A stretch of 64,000 nucleotides of DNA from the NCBI GenBank assembly GCA_005883615.1, contig VBEC01000019.1:45032-109031 (forward strand), in the 5' to 3' direction. The translations under genes and the position numbers were made by a program. Origin of the DNA: Chloroflexota bacterium. Its GTDB lineage: Bacteria > Chloroflexota > Limnocylindria > Limnocylindrales > CSP1-4. Below the pieces are notes generated by a model, which worked only from the letters and a program-made list of their open reading frames with translations, made no database searches and was not told where the DNA came from. Of this stretch, positions 37,756 through 46,099 are shown piece after piece. The first letter of the stretch is position 1, and each line of letters opens with the position of its first letter.

Positions 37756-37775
37756 GTAGATTGTCGACAATCTAC
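37756..37775. promoter_or_regulatory. 20-bp perfect palindrome GTAGATTGTCGACAATCTAC immediately upstream of the ABC ATPase gene; operator-like
   Basis: Read directly in the sequence. It is the best copy of the recurring ATTGTCGACAAT motif. Confidence 0.6.
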
Positions 37776-37940
37776 GACCGGCCCGATGCCGCGTCAAGGT
37801 TATGCCAGGCGACCGTCCAGTGGCAGTGCTCAGGGCTCCAGCTGTGGGACACCCTGCTGACCCACTGACCGGCACACCCGGGCATAGAAGACGGCGCCCA
37901 CGTCGCCGTGAGCGCCGTCCAATGCGCGAGGAACGGAGCG

Positions 37941-39386
37941 CTACGAGCTCAGGTACTTGATGATGATGTCCTGGCAGCCCTTGACCGCAGCGGCGTGGGC
38001 CTTGTCCGCCGCATACGTCCCGTCGATCATCTTGGCGATGACCTCGTTGAACACCGGGGTGGTGTCGTACGGGGTCGACCATGGGTTGGTCTGGCCCTTG
38101 TTCTGCAGCGTATAGACCGGCTGCAGCGGCTGCGCCTTGATGACGTCGGGGTCAGTCGAGAGGGACGTGCGCGCGACCGGATAGAGCACCAGCGCGCCCG
38201 TGCTGTCCTTCACCGTAGTCGCTGCCGCCTTGCCGATCTCCTTGCTGAACGTGGCCTTCGCCCAACTCCAGCAGGCGTTGGCATTCTTGGAGAACTTGCT
38301 GACGCCGAGGCCGTCGGGACCGCCCGTGGAGCCGGTGCTGCCTGAAGCGTAACCCGGCATCTGGCGGACGCCGTGCTTCGCCGAGAATTGGGCCATGTCG
38401 CCTGTCAGCACCGGGCTCTCGCTCTCCCGGATCGTCGCGACGTTGCCTTGACCGAAAAGCTTGTACGCGTCGTGCTCGTTCGTGATGTTCATGTACTTGG
38501 GATCCCAGAACCCGCTCTTGAATCCCTCTTCGATCAAAGAGAAGACCTGCTTGCCCATGTCGTTGTCGAACCCGACCTGGGTGAAGTCGGGGTTGAACAT
38601 CGGCTGGCCCGTGGAATTCCAGATGTACGTGAAGTAGAGCTGCGCGAACAGGATCGCCTGGGTCGCCAGCCACGGCTGGACGCACGGGATGATGCCCGCG
38701 GCCTTGAACTTCGGAGCGAGCTTGAAGAGCGCCGGATAGTTGTCCGGTGGATTCTCCGGATCCTCGCCTATCTTCTGGAACAGGCTCTTGTTCCAGCCCC
38801 ACACTGCCGGGCTGTCGTACAGGGGCAACGCGCGCAGCATGCCGTCGGGGGTGGTGAGATCCTTCTTGGAGTTGTCGAAGAAGTCGCTGAGATCGCCGAA
38901 CACGTCCTCCGTCACCGGCAGCAGGAGGCGCGCGCCGAACTTCGGGATGTAGCCGTAAGCAGCGGTTGTGTACATCATGTCCCAGGAGGAATCCTGGGTC
39001 GCGATGATGCCGGCCTGCTTGATCTGTTTCTGGGCGAAGTCGACGTTGTTCTCCTTCGCGTCGCCACCGGTCGCCGTCTTCCACGCGGCCGTCCCTGCGT
39101 CGAGCCACGGGATCATGTAGCCGCCGGTGAAGTTCTGGAGGGTGACGCCGGCCCAGCTCTCGGATGGGACGGGCGAGGGGCTTGCGGGCGCTGCGGACGC
39201 CGACGCGGCGGCCGAAGCGGCCGACGATGGCGACGAACTCGGCGACGCTGTCGAGGTCCCACAGGCCGCGAGGAACGCGGCGCCGCCCGCGAGCAAGGTT
39301 CCCCGAAGGACCTCACGCCGGGTCAGCGTGCGCTCGAGCAGCGACTGGCCCAAGTCGGCCTCAGACGAACGAATTACATCCGCCAT
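37941..39386 (-). CDS. ABC transporter substrate-binding protein (family 1 solute-binding lipoprotein with a Tat-like signal)
   Basis: TRREVLRGTLLAGGAAFLAAC twin-arginine/lipobox leader, followed by an S/A-rich linker and an SBP fold. Confidence 0.85.
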   Translation of the reverse strand: MADVIRSSEADLGQSLLERTLTRREVLRGTLLAGGAAFLAACGTSTASPSSSPSSAASAAASASAAPASPSPVPSESWAGVTLQNFTGGYMIPWLDAGTAAWKTATGGDAKENNVDFAQKQIKQAGIIATQDSSWDMMYTTAAYGYIPKFGARLLLPVTEDVFGDLSDFFDNSKKDLTTPDGMLRALPLYDSPAVWGWNKSLFQKIGEDPENPPDNYPALFKLAPKFKAAGIIPCVQPWLATQAILFAQLYFTYIWNSTGQPMFNPDFTQVGFDNDMGKQVFSLIEEGFKSGFWDPKYMNITNEHDAYKLFGQGNVATIRESESPVLTGDMAQFSAKHGVRQMPGYASGSTGSTGGPDGLGVSKFSKNANACWSWAKATFSKEIGKAAATTVKDSTGALVLYPVARTSLSTDPDVIKAQPLQPVYTLQNKGQTNPWSTPYDTTPVFNEVIAKMIDGTYAADKAHAAAVKGCQDIIIKYLSS

Positions 39387-39480
39387 GGCACCCCACTCCT
39401 CGAGCGTCGGGCCGGTCCAAGCCGCCCCGAGCGGCCCGTAGTATGACACGGCTCGAGAGAGGTGTTTCGCGTGTCACGGC

Positions 39481-40629
39481 TCATGATCCGCGTGCCGATT
39501 CGACGGCCCTGGCCATCGCCCGTAGCTCCGGCAACTTGCTCTCGGCCGGATTCTCGTCGAGGGCTTCGGCCACCTCCTGCAGGGGCCCCATCGACCCGAT
39601 CCTGACGGCTTCTCCCAGCCGCAGGCACTTGCGATGCGCGAAGTGCCGGCCGATCAGGCCCAGGCTGCCGTTCGGGGAGCAGCCGACACGGTCGGAACCG
39701 CGCCCTTCCTGGGCCGCCCAGGCCATTGCCCAGACGTGGACCTCCGTTTCATCCAACCTTTCGGTCCTGGCGTCTGCGCTCCCGACGATGATTCCGCGGG
39801 CGGGTGGAACCGCGTCCAGGAACCGCCAGGCGGACGGCCCTGCGAGCACATCCACCAGGTAGCTCCGGTAGGGCAGCGCGATCAAGTCTTCGTAACCGGC
39901 CGGATCGATCTGGCCCCCCCACAGGCCGAGCGAAAGATGCGGCCCATCGTCGCTTTCGAGTCCCGCGAACAGCCGTTCATTCGCGGCGCGGAACGCCCGG
40001 AACTCGGCGATGTCCTCGCCGATTTGCAGGGTGATCGGTTCGTCGATTTCGACCATTGGGCACCCGGCCGCCGCCAGGGCCAGGATCTCCAGGTTGAGCG
40101 CTTCGCCCAGCTGCACGGCGAGGTCGGCACGACCTTTCGGGTCGGTTTCGGCGAGTGCCGCAAGGCTGTACGGGCCGACCATGGTCTGCTTGACGGGGAG
40201 ATCTGTCTGGCCGGCGGCGAATTGCCAGTCGCGGACTGTGACGGGACGCGTCCACAGGACCGTATCCTGGGCGATGGGACGGGTAGCAGGCTCCCCGTCG
40301 GGCAAGGTCGTGTGGTCGCCCGCCGCGAGACCCTCGAGGCCGCGGATCCAGGGAATGATTCGATCGTGCGCTCGCACGCCACCTTCACCCACGATCCCCA
40401 ACTCCACGACGGCCATCTCGCCCAGGATCTCGCGAACGAACTCGTCCGCGACGGCGCGAAATCCGTCCGCGTCGAGGTCGCCTTCGAGGAGTCTCCGTTC
40501 GGCGTCGCCCAGGAGATCGGGCTGGGCGGGGAGGGGTTTTCGTGAGTAACCGCCGGCAAACGTGGCAAACAAGCGAACCTCCCGGGCGCGACGTGCGGTT
40601 CGATCTCGATCAACCTCGATCGCGGTCAC
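39481..40629 (-). CDS. cobalamin-independent methionine synthase (MetE C-terminal domain / UroD-like) family protein
   Basis: MVEIDEPITLQ and a C-terminal CSPNGSLGL region align with the MetE catalytic-domain pattern (IQIDEPA ... DCGLKTR). The gene is embedded between transporter genes, and its start is uncertain. Confidence 0.7.
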   Translation of the reverse strand: MTAIEVDRDRTARRAREVRLFATFAGGYSRKPLPAQPDLLGDAERRLLEGDLDADGFRAVADEFVREILGEMAVVELGIVGEGGVRAHDRIIPWIRGLEGLAAGDHTTLPDGEPATRPIAQDTVLWTRPVTVRDWQFAAGQTDLPVKQTMVGPYSLAALAETDPKGRADLAVQLGEALNLEILALAAAGCPMVEIDEPITLQIGEDIAEFRAFRAANERLFAGLESDDGPHLSLGLWGGQIDPAGYEDLIALPYRSYLVDVLAGPSAWRFLDAVPPARGIIVGSADARTERLDETEVHVWAMAWAAQEGRGSDRVGCSPNGSLGLIGRHFAHRKCLRLGEAVRIGSMGPLQEVAEALDENPAESKLPELRAMARAVESARGS

Positions 40630-40714
40630 GCGCCAATCTCGTCCACCGGACGCCAGGTCGTGGGCCTTGGGGCCCGCGCGATGACGGCCACCGCGCGACG
40701 CCCGCGGCTCGTGT

Positions 40715-42634
40715 CTACCCCTTGACCAGCCCCTCGGTGAGGCCGGTGATGATGCGGCGATGGAACAGCAAGACGAGGACCAGGCACGGAATAACCGCAA
40801 CGATCCCCCCGGCGGCCAGGAGGTCCGGCGGCGGTGATTCGTTGAGCCGGAACGGGAAGCTCGTGATGACCGTGACCAGTCGCGTGATCGTGACGGCATT
40901 GCGGTTGCCGAGGATCACCGCGAACAGGAACTCGTTCCACGTGCCGATGAGGATCAGGATGGCTGCGGCGGCGATGCCCGGCCGGGCCGCAGGAACGGTG
41001 ACCCGGAATAACGTCCCCAGCCGCGAGCACCCATCGATCCGGGCCGCCCGCTCGAGGGCGATCGGCACCTCCGAGAAGAAATTGCGGAGCAGCCACGTGA
41101 CCAGGGGCAGCCAGAACGCGACGTTAACGATGACGAGCGCGGCGACCGTGTCCGTAAGGCCGAGGATCTGGAAGATCTTCAACACCGGGATCGCCATGAC
41201 GATCGCCGGGACCATCTGCATGAAGATGAGGATCGACAGGACGATGCGCTTGCCTGGCAGCTGGAACCGCGCCAGCGCGTACGCAGCTGGAGACGCCAGC
41301 ACGATGACGAACAGGGTTGTCAGTACGGCGTTCAGAAGGCTTACCACGAGGGAGCCTTGCCAGTGAACGTCCTGAATGATGCGGGTGTAACCGTCCAGCC
41401 ACAGGCTGGTGACCGACAGGTGCGGCGGCATATGCGACAGGGCCTCGTCGGTCTGCAGGCTCGTCACGATGATCCAGATGATCGGCGCGACAAAATAGAA
41501 CAGCAGCAGTCCGGCGCCGACCCCGAACAACACCCGACCCGCGCGCGGTGAAACCCTGATGAGCGACCGTCGCGGCCGCTCATCAGCCTCTGAGCGCGAT
41601 CGCGGCTCGGCGAGTGCCCTCGGGACGCCGGTCAGCCGCAGGGAGGTTTGCATGGCTGACGCCGCCAACTCGGAGTCCTCATCGATTGCCGGAGCGCGGT
41701 CGCGGCGCCGCCGGACCTGGACCAGCAGGAAGAGGAGGCTGAACAGCACGATGAGGCCAAACAGGACCACTGTCACCGTGGAGGCGTAGCCGAAGCTCAA
41801 GTTCTGGAACGCAAGCTCGAAGATCGCGTAAATCAGGACGTAGGTCGACCGTCCCGGCCCGCCGTTGGTGAGCGTGTACAACAGGTCGAAGACCTGCAGG
41901 CCAATGATCACTTGGAGAATGCCGACGATGATCAGGGTGGGCCGGATCGCGGGCAGCGTGATGAACCGGAACGATTCCCAGGACGTCGCGCCGTCCATCT
42001 TTGCCGCCCGATACAAGGTGCCCGGGATGGTCTTCAGCGCCGCCAGTAGCAGCACCGCCAGGAGCGGGACGCCCCGCCATGCCTGAGCGATGATCGCGAT
42101 CGTCACGGCCTGGCCCGTGTTCTGGAGCCAGTTGACAGGGTCCTGGATCAGGCCGAAGCCGATCAGGATCCCGTTCGCGATCCCGAAATGCGTATCGAAA
42201 ATGATGCGCCAGAAGATGCCGGCCACGACCGAGGCGATGGCCCACGGGAGGAGTACCGCCATGAAGAAGATGCTCGATCCGCGGAACCCGCGATTGAGGA
42301 CCAGGGCGGTGACCAAGGCCAGGGGCAGGGTGACGGCCGTGGTCAGTGCGGCAAGGACCACCGTCCGGGGGATGGCGTCGAGGATCTCCTGGTCGTGGGG
42401 CAGCCTCGTCAGGTAGTTGTTCAGGCCGACGAAGCGCACGAACTCGTCCTTGGCGAGCTCGATCCGGAACAGGCTGAGGCCGAAGACGCTCAGGATCGGC
42501 GGCGCGACGATGGCCGCCAGGAGGAGCAGGCCGGGGATCGAAACGAGCAGCGCGAACTTGCGTTCGCTGAGCCGGTCAAGTCGCCGGGAGATTCGGCCCG
42601 CACCTCGACCGATCGTCGCGGCCCCTGCGGCCAT
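40715..42634 (-). CDS. fused ABC transporter permease (MalF/UgpA-like TMD followed by MalG/UgpE-like TMD in one ORF)
   Basis: Two EAA-loop motifs (AAKMDGATSWESFRFITLP and ERAARIDGCSRLGTLFRVTVP) are separated by a charged linker, with no stop codon between them. An alternative TTG start is at 42673. Confidence 0.8.
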   Translation of the reverse strand: MAAGAATIGRGAGRISRRLDRLSERKFALLVSIPGLLLLAAIVAPPILSVFGLSLFRIELAKDEFVRFVGLNNYLTRLPHDQEILDAIPRTVVLAALTTAVTLPLALVTALVLNRGFRGSSIFFMAVLLPWAIASVVAGIFWRIIFDTHFGIANGILIGFGLIQDPVNWLQNTGQAVTIAIIAQAWRGVPLLAVLLLAALKTIPGTLYRAAKMDGATSWESFRFITLPAIRPTLIIVGILQVIIGLQVFDLLYTLTNGGPGRSTYVLIYAIFELAFQNLSFGYASTVTVVLFGLIVLFSLLFLLVQVRRRRDRAPAIDEDSELAASAMQTSLRLTGVPRALAEPRSRSEADERPRRSLIRVSPRAGRVLFGVGAGLLLFYFVAPIIWIIVTSLQTDEALSHMPPHLSVTSLWLDGYTRIIQDVHWQGSLVVSLLNAVLTTLFVIVLASPAAYALARFQLPGKRIVLSILIFMQMVPAIVMAIPVLKIFQILGLTDTVAALVIVNVAFWLPLVTWLLRNFFSEVPIALERAARIDGCSRLGTLFRVTVPAARPGIAAAAILILIGTWNEFLFAVILGNRNAVTITRLVTVITSFPFRLNESPPPDLLAAGGIVAVIPCLVLVLLFHRRIITGLTEGLVKG

Positions 42635-42901
42635 GAAGGATCCGCTGCCTCCTCCGAATGGGGTCGTCGGCAATCATCATCGGGCCGGTAGGACGTGTCA
42701 AACCGATCACGCGCAGTCCAGAGGCATGCCTCTCGCTGCAAGGCCTCCTGTGCCCTGTCTCGTGGCGTTCGGCCAGACGGGCACGGCCGCTCGCCAGATG
42801 GGGTAGTGGGCTCATGGGGCACCCGCGAGGCGATTTGACCGCGGGGTATCCTGACGCGGCGGTCTGGCTCCATGAGAGCCTGCGGCGGAGGGCGATGCTC
42901 C

Positions 42902-45112
42902 ATGGTGGCAAGGGTCGGGGACCCGACGCAGGGTCGCTCGGTCACGGTCCGCGTCGATACGTTCGGTGTCGGACCCGCGGCGTACGTTTTCGCTGTCACT
43001 CTCGCCGTACAGTCGTTCCACATGCTGGAGCATGTGGTTCAGGTGCTCCAGGCATTCGTCTTCCATATCCTGCCGGCCCACGGCATCCTGGGCTCGATCT
43101 TTGACCTGGAATGGGTGCATTTCTTCTACAACACGGACCTGTACCTGTTCCTCATCCTGGGCGCCGTGGTGCTCGTCCTGGAGCGACGCCCACGACCGCG
43201 GGCAGGCTGGCGTTGGCTCGGCGCGAGCCTGGCATTCCAGACCTACCACGAGATCGAGCACATCGTGAAGATCGCCCAGCACATCTCCACCGGGATCGAC
43301 CCTGCGCCGGGCATCCTGGGCCACTTCATAAACCTCATCTGGCTCCACTTCACGTTCAACCTGATCATCACGTCACTCGTGGCGATCGCCTTCGTCAAGC
43401 TCGGCCTCCACCACGAGATCGCGCCCGTCGCCCGGCTCGCCGCGCGACGAGTCCTGAGGCCACGCGTGCTGCTGCCGACGTCGGCCGTCCTGGCGGCGGG
43501 CCTCGTCGCTGCCGTCGCCGTCACCGCGAAGCCGCCCCCGACACGAGGCCCCAACCTTGGCTGCGCAGATGTCGCCGCGACGTCCGGTCTCAATTTCTCG
43601 GGCGAGTACGGACCTGTCTTCCCGGCCCTCGACGCGATGGGCGCGATGATGCAGCGCGACATGGGCAATGGTGCCGCAGTCGGCGACTACAACGGCGACG
43701 GCTACCTCGATGTCGTGCTGCTCGGCCAGGCCGGACGGCACACCAAGCTGTACCGGAACGATCCGGGCGTGGGCAACGGCCGGCATTTCAGCGACGTCAC
43801 GAATGCGGCCGGCTTGGGTGCGGTGACCTCCAACGCCCGGGTCGCCCAGTTCCTCGACCTTACCGGCTCGGGCCGGCCCGATCTCGTTATCGCCGCGGAC
43901 TACATGCCCGGCGGTCCGGCCGGCCCTTCCCAGATCTTTCGCAACAACGGCGACGGCACCTTCACCGACGTCACCGCCGGTTCAGGCTTCGATCCGACCG
44001 GCTACATCGTGGGCGGCATGACGTTCGCCGATTACGACGGCAGTGGCCGAGCCAGCATCTGGCTGAGCTATTGGACCCAGGAGCTGGCCGGAGATCCAGG
44101 CCTCATGAGGATCCAAGGGGCGTTTCCCGGCCACAACCGCCTGTACGAAAACCTCGGCGACTATCACTTCAAGGACGTCACCGAGTCCCTCGGCATCAGC
44201 GAGTACCACGCCGACAGCTTTACGGCGGTGTTTGCCGACTTCACGGGCGACGGGTTGCCGGACATCTACCAGGCGAACGATCACCGCACCGACCGGTTCT
44301 ATCGAAACATGGGTGGCGGTCAGTTCCGCGACGACACCACGGCCGTCGGCCTGACCCGCGCGGGCAACAGCATGGGCGTGGCCACGACCGTAGGCTCCGG
44401 TGGTCGCCTCGACTTGTATGTGACGAACATCACGGATCCGGGCGGCACGTTCGGGACCAACCAGGGAAACACGTTCATGATGAGCAGCCAGGACGCCGGC
44501 GGAACCCTTCACTTCACGGACGAAGCCGCGTCACACGGCATCGTCGACACGGCGTGGGGCTGGGGCACGCAGTTTGTCGACATGAACGGCGACGGCGCGC
44601 CAGACATCTACGCCGTCCAGGGCATGCGCGAATTCGTGGGCAACGGAAGCGTCCACCTTGAGAACGCGACGTCCAGCCTCTTTCTCAACGATGGTTCCGG
44701 CCTGACATTCAAGCGATCCGATGCGCCGGGGTGCCAGGTTCCGGGCGACCAGCGCGCACTCGTCGTTTTCGACTTCAATCGGGACGGGTCGCCCGACCTG
44801 CTGATCAGCCAGGTAGCCGGCCCGCCGATTCTCCTCGAGAATCTCATCAGCGGCCGGAACTGGCTGACGGTCGCTGCGACCGGCCCGGCAGATGCCGGTA
44901 TCAACGCGCGCATCACCGTGACCGCGGGTGGTCGAAGCCAGACCCAGATCATCCTGGCGGGGGGCAGTTACCTCGCGGGCCCGCCGAGGGAGGCCTACTT
45001 CGGTCTGGGTGGGGCAAGCGCGGCCACTGTCAAGGTCGCCTGGGCGAATGGCGAGACGTCGGAGTACGTAAACGTCCCGGCGGGCCAGGTCCTGCAGGCG
45101 AAGCGACCTTGA
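42902..45112 (+). CDS. CRTAC1-family protein: an FG-GAP/VCBS repeats + ASPIC/UnbV domain fused to an N-terminal duplicated membrane domain
   Basis: Repeated D-x-[DN]-G-[DS]-G-x-x-D motifs and a C-terminal UnbV-like segment. The N-terminal ~200 aa contain two homologous TM hairpins with HMLEH/HEIEH and PAxGILG motifs. An SD lies before ATG 42902. Confidence 0.8.
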   Translation: MVARVGDPTQGRSVTVRVDTFGVGPAAYVFAVTLAVQSFHMLEHVVQVLQAFVFHILPAHGILGSIFDLEWVHFFYNTDLYLFLILGAVVLVLERRPRPRAGWRWLGASLAFQTYHEIEHIVKIAQHISTGIDPAPGILGHFINLIWLHFTFNLIITSLVAIAFVKLGLHHEIAPVARLAARRVLRPRVLLPTSAVLAAGLVAAVAVTAKPPPTRGPNLGCADVAATSGLNFSGEYGPVFPALDAMGAMMQRDMGNGAAVGDYNGDGYLDVVLLGQAGRHTKLYRNDPGVGNGRHFSDVTNAAGLGAVTSNARVAQFLDLTGSGRPDLVIAADYMPGGPAGPSQIFRNNGDGTFTDVTAGSGFDPTGYIVGGMTFADYDGSGRASIWLSYWTQELAGDPGLMRIQGAFPGHNRLYENLGDYHFKDVTESLGISEYHADSFTAVFADFTGDGLPDIYQANDHRTDRFYRNMGGGQFRDDTTAVGLTRAGNSMGVATTVGSGGRLDLYVTNITDPGGTFGTNQGNTFMMSSQDAGGTLHFTDEAASHGIVDTAWGWGTQFVDMNGDGAPDIYAVQGMREFVGNGSVHLENATSSLFLNDGSGLTFKRSDAPGCQVPGDQRALVVFDFNRDGSPDLLISQVAGPPILLENLISGRNWLTVAATGPADAGINARITVTAGGRSQTQIILAGGSYLAGPPREAYFGLGGASAATVKVAWANGETSEYVNVPAGQVLQAKRP

Positions 45113-45178
45113 TGCGGAGGTCTAGCGGCGCGCTGACCGGATCGTCCACGAGGGTGGGGTGACCACGGACCTCGGCGG

Positions 45179-46099
45179 GTGAGCCGCTCCTCATCTGTGA
45201 TCGTCGTCCACGGCGGGGCATTCGACATTCCGCGGGAGGAACGGGACGCCCATCGCGACGGCTGCCACGAAGCGATGGAAGCGGGCTGGACCGTGCTCGC
45301 GGCGGGCGGGAGCGCGCTCGACGCCGTGGAAGGGGCCCTCCGGCTAATGGAGGATTCCGGGATCTTTGGCGCAGGCCGCGGATCGAGCCTGAACGAGGAT
45401 GGAACGGTTGAACTTGATGCCGGCATCATGGACGGCACCGACCTGGCAGTCGGATCCGTGGCAGCGGTCCAGGGCGTCCCCCACCCCGTGACGCTCGCAC
45501 GGCGCGTGCTCGAGAGCGAGTTCGCGGTTGTCGTCGGTCACGGCGCCGCCCGGTTCGCCGAGCGTACGGGCGTCGAGCGCTGCGATTCGGCCGAGCTCAT
45601 CTCCGATCGCGAGCGCCGCCGCTGGGAGGAGCGCCGCAGCCAACCGGACCCGGACTGGGCGGTGACGATGTTCGGTGCGCGAGGTGGAGGTGACACCGTG
45701 GGAGCAGTCGCGCTCGACTTCCGGGGCAACGTCGCTGCCGCGACGTCCACCGGCGGCGCGCCCTTCAAGCCGAGCGGTCGAGTCGGCGACTCGCCGCTCA
45801 TCGGCGCCGGCCTCTACGCCGACAACGCAACGGGCGCCGTGTCGACAACCGGCCATGGCGAACGCATCATCCCCGTCGTGCTCGCGAAGACGGCGGCCGA
45901 CATGATGTCCGCGCTCCATCCGCAGGCCGCCGTCGAACGGGCGCTTGCGACACTGGGGCGGGTGGATGGGCTGGGTGGGCTGATAGCGGTCGACCGGCAT
46001 GGGCGTGTCGGCGTTGCGTGGAACACGCCAACGATGGCCTTCGCCCTCCGCTCGAGCGACGAGGCAAGCGGGCGCGTCGAGCGTTCCGGGCCTGCGTGA
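45179..46099 (+). CDS. isoaspartyl peptidase / L-asparaginase (Ntn-hydrolase)
   Basis: GDTVGAVALD nucleophile-Thr motif and a TTGHGE motif. Confidence 0.9.
   Translation: MSRSSSVIVVHGGAFDIPREERDAHRDGCHEAMEAGWTVLAAGGSALDAVEGALRLMEDSGIFGAGRGSSLNEDGTVELDAGIMDGTDLAVGSVAAVQGVPHPVTLARRVLESEFAVVVGHGAARFAERTGVERCDSAELISDRERRRWEERRSQPDPDWAVTMFGARGGGDTVGAVALDFRGNVAAATSTGGAPFKPSGRVGDSPLIGAGLYADNATGAVSTTGHGERIIPVVLAKTAADMMSALHPQAAVERALATLGRVDGLGGLIAVDRHGRVGVAWNTPTMAFALRSSDEASGRVERSGPA

Noticed and set aside
39417-39423. Apparent frameshift in the SBP gene when translating the printed nucleotides (AAG-P instead of AAWTGP)
   Set aside because: The ORF track gives an uninterrupted 502-aa frame consistent with the rest of the gene. 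Two printed lines near 58441-58560 are one character short. I treated these as transcription artefacts in the printed sequence, not as pseudogenes, and trusted the ORF-track coordinates.
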